Source: Smithellaceae bacterium (GTDB lineage Bacteria; Desulfobacterota; Syntrophia; Syntrophales; Smithellaceae). Taken from it: 64,000 nt of DNA. How positions within the stretch are numbered: the stretch's first letter is position 1; every line of letters starts with the position of its first letter. Positions 47,237-55,684 of this stretch are shown here, one piece after another. The translations under genes were made by a program, and so were the position numbers. The notes under the pieces are model-generated. The model saw nothing but the letters and a program-made list of their open reading frames with translations. It had not been told where the DNA came from and searched no databases. The DNA lies in the NCBI GenBank assembly GCA_963667845.2, contig CAXXVL010000002.1, positions 1,216,001 to 1,280,000 of the forward strand, in the 5' to 3' direction.

Positions 47237-47383
47237 GCCACGGAATCCATGAATGCGCAAGCTGCCCGGATGAAGGCGTCTGTGGAAGATCTGGTCAATA
47301 TCGTTGACGGCGGCGATGACAGCAAAACCGCCGGACATCATCAGGTTTCGGGAACCCCGCCGCAGGATATGGTGGAGAAGTAA
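47237..47383 (+). pseudogene. 3' relic of a methyl-accepting chemotaxis protein gene
   Basis: ATESMNAQAARMKASVEDLVNIVDGG matches [26 protein letters not shown] at the C-terminus of the MCP at 48068-49975. Confidence 0.7.
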
Positions 47384-47445
47384 TGAGCAGGATTGACGCT
47401 CGCGCATTGGGGCGCAGCCAGCCACAAAGGTCGCCTTTGTGATTG

Positions 47446-47589
47446 CGGGAAAACTTTATTGCGAACGGTTTTTCCGTACAAATCCTCTTTTTCGCCACAA
47501 AAATGTTCCTATAAGAAGAGGGTTGAATATTCTAAGTATTACCAATCATGGAGCATATCCCAGATCGGATTTTTGGCACAATTATTGGA
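47446..47589 (+). promoter_or_regulatory. Enhancer + sigma-54-like promoter, copy 2
   Basis: AACGGTTTTTCCGTACAAATCC at 47464 and TGGCAC-AATTA-TTGGA at 47574, 110 bp apart. Confidence 0.7.
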
Positions 47590-47647
47590 GTGACAGAAAC
47601 CCGATCTCGGCAAAGAAATGGCGAAACATCATCGAGGAAGGTTCTAA

Positions 47648-48028
47648 ATGGGATTAATACTGTATTCAAAAGAAATAAAGGAATCGGGGGAGCGCTTGTT
47701 GAATGTTATCAAAGATGCCCTTCCCGGTAATGACCTTGAGATATATTCTTCAATAGACGATCTGACGGAACGGTTGCACCAACCGCTGGCGGATGTCTGC
47801 GTCGCCATCTTTCATGCAGTCTCTCACTCGGAACTTATGGAAATCGTTTTTCTTGCAGATCTGCTGTCTGAAATGAGAGTTGTGCTGGTCCTGCCGGACT
47901 GTAAGCCTGATGCTCTCAAAAAGGCACATATTTTAAGGCCTCGTTTTATCGTCACATCGCAGAATGATTACAAGAATCTGGACAGCATTTTAAAGCGCAT
48001 GGTGAAACTTTACGACAAGCCGTATTAA
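47648..48028 (+). CDS. Hypothetical protein, possibly a degenerate receiver-like alpha/beta domain
   Basis: 126-aa ORF with alternating beta/alpha pattern and no canonical DD/D/K phospho-site. RBS GAGGAAGG. Confidence 0.6.
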   Translation: MGLILYSKEIKESGERLLNVIKDALPGNDLEIYSSIDDLTERLHQPLADVCVAIFHAVSHSELMEIVFLADLLSEMRVVLVLPDCKPDALKKAHILRPRFIVTSQNDYKNLDSILKRMVKLYDKPY

Positions 48029-48067
48029 GTACGCAGGATAAGCGTATAAATATAAGGATGGAGGAAA

Positions 48068-49975
48068 ATGAATAAGCGTTCTTTACAGTTTAAGATGATT
48101 GCTATCGGAGTATTGGCTGTGTTGGTGCCGCTGTTTGTGGTGGGCGGTTTTTCCGTGTACAGGGCAATGAGTGCGCTGGAAGAAGCATCGGCATCTCAGT
48201 CGACGGAAGTGGCCAAAGGTCTGGCCCATCTGGCAAACCTGGTTGTGCAGGAAGAATTAAGAACGATTACTCAGCTTGCCGTCCGGGATGTCGTGATTGC
48301 CGCCGCTGCAACGCGCGGGGAAGCCGAGAGTGCAAAAGCCACTGCGGAGTTGACGCGTTTTGTTCAGAGCGGCGGCAATGTGTATGAAACGATTTCGATG
48401 GCCGGGCCCGACGGGAAGGTTTTTGCCGATGGGGTCAACGGCAGGCACAAGGGCCTCAACTTAACGGAACGGGACTATTTCAAGGCGGCAAAAGAAGGCA
48501 AAGTCAGTGTAGGGTCCGTTGTGAAGTCGAAAGGCACGGGTAATGTCGTTATGACGTTTGGCGCGCCCGTCTATTCGGAATCAAAGGAAATCATCGGTGT
48601 CATTGTTGCGGTCAAGAATATCGGCTTCCTGTCGGAGAAGGTTGGGAACACTAAACTGGAAAACACCGGTCACGGGTTTGTACTTGATAAAACGGGTTTG
48701 TGCATTGCACATCCGGAAAAAGAGTTAATTTTGAAATTCAACGCAACACAAATAGAAGGAATGAAGGAACTTGCGGCCAAAATGGCGGCGGGCGAGACGG
48801 GAACCACAGTGTACAAAATCAAAGGGGTGACCAAGATAGCCGGTTTTGCGCCGGTCCCGGCAAGCGGATGGAGTGTGTGCTTCACGCAGGATTATAATGA
48901 ATTCATGGCTCCGGCCTATCACCTGGGCTGGTTCATCGTCTTAATCGGACTTATATTCCTGATTGTTACGGTTGCGGGTGTCTTATTCTTTGCCCGGGGC
49001 ATTGCGGTGCCGATCGGTCATATTGCCGCTGAACTCGACAGTGCGTCCGAGCAGGTGGCGGCAGCGTCATCTCAGGTGGCCTCGGCCAGCCAGAGCCTGG
49101 CGGAGGGGGCGTCGGAACAGGCCTCGGCGCTGGAGGAGACCTCATCCTCTCTGGAGGAGATGGCCTCCATGACCAAACAAAACGCGGACAACGCCGCCCA
49201 GGCGAAGGCGTTGACGGGCGAAGCAAAGCAGACCGTGAATAAAGTCGACGATCAGATGCGCCGAATGGTGACGGCGATTCAGGAAGTGACCAAGTCCAGT
49301 GAAGAGACGGGCAAGATCATTAAGACAATCGATGAAATCGCGTTTCAGACAAACCTGTTGGCGCTGAACGCCGCAGTAGAGGCGGCCCGCGCGGGAGAGG
49401 CCGGCGCCGGTTTTGCGGTGGTTGCTGATGAAGTGCGCAACCTGGCGATGCGGGCGGCAGATGCAGCGAAGAACACATCGAATCTGATTGAGAATACGAT
49501 TGTAACCGTGAAAAACAGCCGCGACCTGACGCAGCAGACCCAGGATGCCTTCAAGGAAAATGTGGCGATCGCAAACAAGATCGGCCAGTTGATTGATGAG
49601 ATTGCCGCGGCATCTGCCGAACAGGCGCAGGGAATCGGACAAGTCGGCAAGGCCGTGGCGGAAATGGACAAAGTGGTTCAGAGCACGGCGGCCAATGCCG
49701 AAGAATCGGCCTCTGCCTCGGAAGAAATGAACGCGCAGGCTGAGCAGATGAAAAAAGATGTGGAAAAAATGGTGATCATCATTAACGGCAGCAAACTCAA
49801 TGGCGGTTCTGTGACTCACCGGCGCAGCGAAGCAATACAAAAATCCGAGGTATCCAGGCAGGCGACGACGGTCAAAAAACTTCTGACGGCCGGGCAGGCT
49901 GTCCTGAAAAAAGGCAGGCCGGTGCGACCGGAGGAAGTGATTCCATTTGAGAAAGATGGCTTCAAGGATTTTTAA
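48068..49975 (+). CDS. Methyl-accepting chemotaxis protein with dCache sensor
   Basis: TM1, RDYFK Cache motif, TM2, [37 protein letters not shown]. Confidence 0.95.
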   Translation: MNKRSLQFKMIAIGVLAVLVPLFVVGGFSVYRAMSALEEASASQSTEVAKGLAHLANLVVQEELRTITQLAVRDVVIAAAATRGEAESAKATAELTRFVQSGGNVYETISMAGPDGKVFADGVNGRHKGLNLTERDYFKAAKEGKVSVGSVVKSKGTGNVVMTFGAPVYSESKEIIGVIVAVKNIGFLSEKVGNTKLENTGHGFVLDKTGLCIAHPEKELILKFNATQIEGMKELAAKMAAGETGTTVYKIKGVTKIAGFAPVPASGWSVCFTQDYNEFMAPAYHLGWFIVLIGLIFLIVTVAGVLFFARGIAVPIGHIAAELDSASEQVAAASSQVASASQSLAEGASEQASALEETSSSLEEMASMTKQNADNAAQAKALTGEAKQTVNKVDDQMRRMVTAIQEVTKSSEETGKIIKTIDEIAFQTNLLALNAAVEAARAGEAGAGFAVVADEVRNLAMRAADAAKNTSNLIENTIVTVKNSRDLTQQTQDAFKENVAIANKIGQLIDEIAAASAEQAQGIGQVGKAVAEMDKVVQSTAANAEESASASEEMNAQAEQMKKDVEKMVIIINGSKLNGGSVTHRRSEAIQKSEVSRQATTVKKLLTAGQAVLKKGRPVRPEEVIPFEKDGFKDF

Positions 49976-50048
49976 GGCCGTCGCAGGGACGGCGGGTCCC
50001 CCTCAATCCCGCCGCCCATTACTATTTTTCTATAGGAGGTAAAAAGGT

Positions 50049-50558
50049 ATGCAGGCAACAGCAAATACAGCAGATGGGGATGTTTCTGAAAAACAGCGCA
50101 GTCGCGAAGGAAAGTATCTGACTTTTGTCCTGGCAGATGAAGAATACGGGATCGGGATTCTCAAGGTGAAGGAGATCATCGGATTAATGCCGATCACCCC
50201 CGTGCCCCGGACACCGTCGCATGTCAAGGGTGTGATCAACTTGCGCGGTAAGGTGATCCCCGTAGTGGATTTGCGCCTGAAATTCGGCATGTCCGGTGCG
50301 GAGTCAACGGAGCGCACTTGTATCATCGTGGTAGAAATCTCATTTTGCGGCACTAATATCTCTATGGGGATTGTCGTGGATTCCGTGTCGGAAGTCCTCA
50401 ACATCCGGGCGGCGGAGATTGAAGATACCCCGAGCTTCGGAACAAAGCTGGACACCGATTATATTCTTGGTATGGCAAAATCCGGCCAGGGGGTGAAAAT
50501 CCTCCTCGATATCGATAAAGTTGTAAACAGCGGCGAAATACATCATCTGGCTGCCTGA
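50049..50558 (+). CDS. cheW: Chemotaxis coupling protein CheW
   Basis: YLTFVL..EEYGI..VKEII, VKGVINLRGKVIPVVDLR, GIVVDSVSEV. Confidence 0.95.
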   Translation: MQATANTADGDVSEKQRSREGKYLTFVLADEEYGIGILKVKEIIGLMPITPVPRTPSHVKGVINLRGKVIPVVDLRLKFGMSGAESTERTCIIVVEISFCGTNISMGIVVDSVSEVLNIRAAEIEDTPSFGTKLDTDYILGMAKSGQGVKILLDIDKVVNSGEIHHLAA

Positions 50559-50598
50559 GATTTTACAGCGGAAATCAGCGGCCTGTTGAAAGGAATTG

Positions 50599-52128
50599 AT
50601 GAGAATGTTTACAGTATTGAGCAATTTGAAGCTTCGCGCCAAAATGCTTTTGGCTCCTGCGGTCGTGTTTATTTTTCTTCTACTCATTGCCGCCGGCACA
50701 TACTACACTGTGTCCGTGCAGAATAATTCCATCGACGACATCTACAACAGCCGCTTCAAAGGATACCAGACCAGTTCCCAAATTCTTCTGGAAATGACAA
50801 CCGTTCAGTCCAATCTCTACAAGTTGATGAGCTGGATCGCAGCCGGGTATGACAAAGAAAAGATCGCCGATCTGATGAGAAGAACCAATGAACAGATCAA
50901 CGTCACCGCAGAACATATGAAGAGAATTATCGCTTCCCAGAACCTCACGCCGGAAGAAGCGAAATACTATAAGGGCGCCTACGACAATCTTCTGGGATTT
51001 CAGTCCCAGGTCAAAAACACTCTTGATGTGGCCGCCGCCGATCCGACCGCGGCGGGAGTGGTCTTTGGCATGGCCGAAGAAGCATTTATCGCGCTTGACA
51101 AGAAACTGCATGAACTCAATGTTCTCGAGGATAAACTCAGCCGGGATGTATACGACAATTCCGTGACGATGGTTAAGACGATCCTGATGGTTTTTCTGAT
51201 CGTCGTGATCATTGCCGTCATTGTATCTCTCCTGACCAGCTTCAGCATATCGAAGATGATTTTGACGCCCGTTAAAGAAGCCATTGTCGTGCTCAGGCGC
51301 CTCGCCGAAGGCGATCTGACCCGGAAAATTCATCTGGCTTCAAAGGATGAAATCGGCGAGCTGGTGCGATCGGTTAATGAAATGCGCAGTAAAATGAATG
51401 ACGCCGTGGGCGAGGCTCTTCATGTATCGGCCAGCTTAAAGGATTCGGCTGCCGATGAGGCGGCTTCGATTGAAGAGACATCTGCGTCGCTCGATGAGAT
51501 CTCCTCGATGACCAGCAAGAACGCTGAAAATACCGCCCAGGCGAATCAGCTGATGCTCTCGGTAAAAGGTGCTATCCTGAAAGCGGACGAATCCATGAAG
51601 CAGCTCACGTCCTCCATGCAGGCGATTGCCAAAGCCAGCCAGCAGACGCAAAAAATTGTAAAAAGCATCGATGAAATCGCTTTTCAAACCAACCTTCTAG
51701 CCCTCAACGCTTCGGTTGAAGCTGCGCGGGCCGGAGAAGCGGGAGCAGGGTTCGCCGTTGTTGCCGACGAAGTTCGCAATCTGGCGCTGCGTGCCAAGGT
51801 TTCCGCCCAGGATTCGACCAACCTGATTGAAGACATCGTTCAAAAGGTCAAGGGGGGAGAACATCTGGTCAATGTCACCAGCACGGCCTTCGGTGAGGTC
51901 ACGATCAGTTCCGAAAAAGTTGTGACTCTGATGGGAGAAATCGAGGTCGCCTCCAAGGAACAATCCCAGGGCATCAGCCAGGTCAACAGTGTCATCGCCT
52001 CGCTGAGCAGTACGACGCAGGAACATGCAGGCAATGCGGAAACGCTGACCACAATTATGTCCATTTTTAAGACGGAAGAATCCGAGCCGCTGGAAGTCAG
52101 GCGAGGATTGCCGCAGATATCCGCTTAA
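50599..52128 (+). CDS. Methyl-accepting chemotaxis protein (4-helix-bundle sensor, HAMP, short signalling domain)
   Basis: Two TMs, [33 protein letters not shown] hairpin. Confidence 0.93.
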   Translation: MRMFTVLSNLKLRAKMLLAPAVVFIFLLLIAAGTYYTVSVQNNSIDDIYNSRFKGYQTSSQILLEMTTVQSNLYKLMSWIAAGYDKEKIADLMRRTNEQINVTAEHMKRIIASQNLTPEEAKYYKGAYDNLLGFQSQVKNTLDVAAADPTAAGVVFGMAEEAFIALDKKLHELNVLEDKLSRDVYDNSVTMVKTILMVFLIVVIIAVIVSLLTSFSISKMILTPVKEAIVVLRRLAEGDLTRKIHLASKDEIGELVRSVNEMRSKMNDAVGEALHVSASLKDSAADEAASIEETSASLDEISSMTSKNAENTAQANQLMLSVKGAILKADESMKQLTSSMQAIAKASQQTQKIVKSIDEIAFQTNLLALNASVEAARAGEAGAGFAVVADEVRNLALRAKVSAQDSTNLIEDIVQKVKGGEHLVNVTSTAFGEVTISSEKVVTLMGEIEVASKEQSQGISQVNSVIASLSSTTQEHAGNAETLTTIMSIFKTEESEPLEVRRGLPQISA

Positions 52129-52194
52129 AGTCGGCGGATGGGTTCTTACGAAATTTTATCGCAGCAAGAGTCAATTTGAGAAGGAGGAGCAAGG

Positions 52195-52656
52195 ATGAAA
52201 AAAATATGGATGAGTGTTGGCATAGCGAGCGTTATGATGTTTGTCATCATTTGTACTATTCAGGCAGCTACGCTCGAAGAAGCCAAAGATCTGGGAATCA
52301 AGGCGGCTGCCTATGTTAAGAAAGCCGGTGCGGATGTGGCGTCCAAAGAAATGAACAAACCCGGCAACCCGTTTGACAAAGGCGAGATGTATGTCACGCT
52401 GCACAACCTGAATGGCGTTTTTGTTGCCAATTCCAAGGTGCCCGGCATGGCGGGGCAGAATCATTTTAATCTCAAAGACCCTACAGGTAAATTGTTTGTT
52501 CAGGAAATGATTGGAATCGCCAAGTCCCCTGCCGGAAGCGGTTGGCTTACCTATACCTGGAGCAATCCGGCAACCAAGAAAGCGCAGCTGAAAAAATCCT
52601 GGGTGCAGAGGGTTGAGGGGACCGATCTGTATACATTGTCCGGCTTATTTCAATAA
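52195..52656 (+). CDS. Stand-alone exported single-Cache domain protein
   Basis: Signal peptide, GEMYV, GQN..LKDPTGK..VQEM, GSGWLTYTWSNP, KKSWV. RBS AAGGAGGAG. Confidence 0.85.
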   Translation: MKKIWMSVGIASVMMFVIICTIQAATLEEAKDLGIKAAAYVKKAGADVASKEMNKPGNPFDKGEMYVTLHNLNGVFVANSKVPGMAGQNHFNLKDPTGKLFVQEMIGIAKSPAGSGWLTYTWSNPATKKAQLKKSWVQRVEGTDLYTLSGLFQ

Positions 52657-52687
52657 CGGTCATCGAATTACGGATTCTCCATCTCTG

Positions 52688-52723
52688 ACGGAAAAGGCGC
52701 GATCGATGACGCGCCCTTTCCGT
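52688..52723 (+). terminator. Probable terminator after the chemoreceptor cluster
   Basis: ACGGAAAAGGCGCG / CGCGCCCTTTCCGT stem. Confidence 0.6.
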
Positions 52724-52984
52724 TCTTCCGGTCCCATAGTTATGCAGTAATTTGGCGGCGATTCACGTCCGATCATTCATGTCGTTTCTCGTGGAGAAGT
52801 TTGCTGCCTGACTTTTCACTTTCAGCGTTATTGTCTCTAAGCGTCGGCGAAGGGCGGCAATCGCTGATGCGCGAATAGCGGACGGATTGGCACGGCGCGC
52901 AAAGGCCCGATCGGGGAAAATGAAGTCCCTTTGATTTCCGCTATGCCAGTCACTCGACCGCCGGGGCGTTAAATCCAGCGCCGG

Positions 52985-53368
52985 TTACTTGCCGTCTCCG
53001 ATCAGCGGCAGGACATTGTCCACGTGAAAATAGACCAGGAACTTCGAGGTATTTGCGTACTTACCTTCAACTTCAGGATATTTCTTCCGGCGGATTTCAT
53101 CGATCAGCGGACTGTCTTTTTCTTCGCGCAGCTTGGTGATATAAAGCCTGCGGCCTTCATAATGTCCTGCTTCTTTGAAGATATAGACGGCATGAGGGTT
53201 CTCCGTGAGGTTGGCGTGGGTGAGCTTATCCGCGGCAATGAAGGCGATCGTTTGTTCGTCGATAAAGTGCGGCCTTCCATAGATGGCCGCGTCGACCCGG
53301 CCGCTCTCGCCGGCGGTAGCGAGAACACCGAAACCGTCAGCTTTGTCAAAATATTCGCTTAACGTCAT
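52985..53368 (-). CDS. Pyridoxamine 5'-phosphate oxidase-like FMN-binding protein
   Basis: GVLATA..G.VDAAIYGRPH, LTHANL.ENPHA.Y.F, PLIG. RBS AAGGAGG. Confidence 0.8.
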   Translation of the reverse strand: MTLSEYFDKADGFGVLATAGESGRVDAAIYGRPHFIDEQTIAFIAADKLTHANLTENPHAVYIFKEAGHYEGRRLYITKLREEKDSPLIDEIRRKKYPEVEGKYANTSKFLVYFHVDNVLPLIGDGK

Positions 53369-53667
53369 ATTGCCTCCTTTGAGGATATAGGGATTTCCTT
53401 TAATCTAACGCGGAATCGCAGGATTGTAAAGGGTCATGCTGCCCTTGTGTTTTCTTATTACATCTCTTTGGCGAGTCTGCACCGGCAATGGCTTAAAAAT
53501 ATCTCGAAATATTTCTTTAAAGTAATTAAAATATACCCATGTGATTTAAAAGTTTGTTGCCCGATACGGTCGGCTGATTTGCCGCAACGTTATTCCCGGT
53601 GCCGGTCGCTCATCCCGTAAAGGCTTTCGATGTTTGAACCGGCGCCCTTCATTTGTCGAGGTGCGAT

Positions 53668-54699
53668 ATGGTTTCGGATCATGGCAATGCCCAAAATAAT
53701 TTGACCATACATGTTCTGCGCAAAGAGTTATCCCCCTTTGCGAAACCCGACATCGGCAGGTCCATCCTGCAAATGATCGACACGTTTATTCCCTACCTGG
53801 GGCTTTGGGCGATACTCATTTACATGGTTAACCGGAGCTACCCCGCTTACATCATTATCCCGCTGATGGTTTTGGCCTCCCTGTTTCTGGTGCGGATCTT
53901 TATTTTTTTTCACGATTGCACGCATACCTCTTTCTTCGCATCGCGTCGCGCCAATACAATCCTGGGTTATGTCTGCGGTATTCTAACTTTTACGCCCTTT
54001 AATTACTGGCAGCGCAATCACCTGGTACATCACGGTTCATACGCGGACCTGGATAAACGAGGCCTGGGGGATATCTGGACTTTGACGGTTGAGGAGTACC
54101 GGTCCGCATCGAAGAGGCGGCAACTGGGTTACAGGCTCTATCGGAATCCGCTTGTGTTTCTCGGCGTAGGCCCGGGTTACTTTTTTTTGTTCACGCAGCG
54201 ATTGCTCCACCAGTGGAAAGGCAAGGATGAGCGTTTCAGTATTTTGTTTACGAATCTGGCCATAGTGATCATTGTTTTAGCAGCCAGCCTGACAATGGGT
54301 TTAAAAACGTATCTGATCATCCAGGTACCGGTGATGCTGATATCCGGTGCCATCGGGGTCTGGCTGTTCTATGTTCAGCATCAATTCGAGGGGGTCTACT
54401 GGTCCCGGCATGAAGATTGGGATCCGGTGAAGGCGGCACTGAAGGGAAGCTCGTATTATAAGCTGCCCAGGGTGCTCCAGTGGTTTACGGGGAATATCGG
54501 TTTTCACCATGTCCATCATGTTTTGCCCCGCATTCCGAATTATAAGCTGCAGAAATGCTACGATCAAACGCCTGTTCTGCAATCCGTCCGTCCGCTCGGC
54601 ATTGCCAGAAGTCTCAAGTCGCTGTGGCTGAATCTGTGGGATGAAAAAGAACAGAAGCTGGTCAGCTTTCGGTCTCTGAAGACGGCAAAAACCGGCTAA
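53668..54699 (+). CDS. Membrane fatty acid desaturase (Bacillus Des-like)
   Basis: His boxes HDCTH, HLVHH, QH, HHVHH, plus GDIWTLTVEEY and PRIPNYKL. RBS GAGGTG. Confidence 0.9.
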   Translation: MVSDHGNAQNNLTIHVLRKELSPFAKPDIGRSILQMIDTFIPYLGLWAILIYMVNRSYPAYIIIPLMVLASLFLVRIFIFFHDCTHTSFFASRRANTILGYVCGILTFTPFNYWQRNHLVHHGSYADLDKRGLGDIWTLTVEEYRSASKRRQLGYRLYRNPLVFLGVGPGYFFLFTQRLLHQWKGKDERFSILFTNLAIVIIVLAASLTMGLKTYLIIQVPVMLISGAIGVWLFYVQHQFEGVYWSRHEDWDPVKAALKGSSYYKLPRVLQWFTGNIGFHHVHHVLPRIPNYKLQKCYDQTPVLQSVRPLGIARSLKSLWLNLWDEKEQKLVSFRSLKTAKTG

Positions 54700-54834
54700 A
54701 GCAAAAATATCTCGTGAATTGTCGCGAAATGAAATAGGCCGGATTCGCCAGTCCTGCGGCGGCCTCTATCGGGCCTTCCGGTGCGGTCGGGCAAATAGAT
54801 CATTTGGTCATCGGGTGATTTGACTATTTATAAT

Positions 54835-54870
54835 TTCCCTCCCCTTGTGGGAGGGGATTAAGGGAGGGGG
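54835..54870. repeat. REP-like C/G-rich palindrome
   Basis: TTCCCTCCCCTTGTGGGAGGGGATTAAGGGAGGGGG between convergent genes. Confidence 0.5.
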
Positions 54871-54998
54871 TGCAGGGTGCTGCCCTGCCCGCTACAAATG
54901 TTTAGATCCGCTTGCTACCTGCGCCGGAGCAACCATGCTGTTCAATCGCAGGACAATTATGCCGGCACGAAAATTATCTTGCTTCCGTTTTCTCTTTA

Positions 54999-55031
54999 CT
55001 AACAGTCTAATAGCCTGCAGGCTAACAGCCT
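54999..55031 (-). repeat. AGGCTGT-family short tandem repeat tract
   Basis: Minus strand AGGCTGTT AGCCTGC AGGCTATT AGACTGTT AG immediately after the M15 stop. Confidence 0.7.
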
Positions 55032-55034
55032 TTT

Positions 55035-55589
55035 TCATGTCTTCTCGAAATGATGATAATCCTTCGGCTGTTCAAAATTGCCTCCCCAGTGCCAGCCGCG
55101 TTTGACAAATTCCTGAACAACAGGATGCTTGGCAGTGAAAGTGCCCTTGTTGTGCGTCCGATAGGCGGCTCCGGCCGGCGCGACGATGCCTGCGGGATAG
55201 ATCACCGGGTTTTGCACGGGATTGATATCCAGAGCCCTGCCAAAGGAGTGCAGCGACAGTTTATTGGTGTCCGCGATGACGCGGAAGTTGAAGGCGGACG
55301 AGTTGTTGTCCGCCATCGAATCGCCGTCTTCCCATTGATAAGCGACAATAGGAATGACCTTACCGACGGGAAACTTGAATTCCTCGATTCGCGCAAATAT
55401 CTCGTAGATGTCATCTTCCAGCCGGGCGTCGGCAACGATTTGTCCCTGATGGCGCAGGCCGTCAAAGGAGTAATAGATCACATCGATGAGCGACAGCGAA
55501 TCGATGATTTCGAGCGGCGCCAGGCTGCCTTCGACCGCCTCGGCAAAGGTCATGGTGCTGTCGATGATGATTTCATTCTTGTTGTTCAT
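55035..55589 (-). CDS. M15 family Zn metallopeptidase (cell-wall peptidase)
   Basis: NNSSAFNFR, SLHSFGRALDINP, WGGNF...KDYHHFE. Confidence 0.88.
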   Translation of the reverse strand: MNNKNEIIIDSTMTFAEAVEGSLAPLEIIDSLSLIDVIYYSFDGLRHQGQIVADARLEDDIYEIFARIEEFKFPVGKVIPIVAYQWEDGDSMADNNSSAFNFRVIADTNKLSLHSFGRALDINPVQNPVIYPAGIVAPAGAAYRTHNKGTFTAKHPVVQEFVKRGWHWGGNFEQPKDYHHFEKT

Positions 55590-55684
55590 TAAAAATCCTT
55601 TAGAAAAGCATGCCTGGTAGGAACAGTCCTGCCGCCCGCAGGGGTGGTCGCGATTGTTCTCTACAGATGGTCCGTTAATTTATT

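Noticed and set aside
52888..52905. TGGCAC as a sigma-54 promoter
   Set aside because: No TTGC-like -12 at the right spacing, and it lies between convergent genes.
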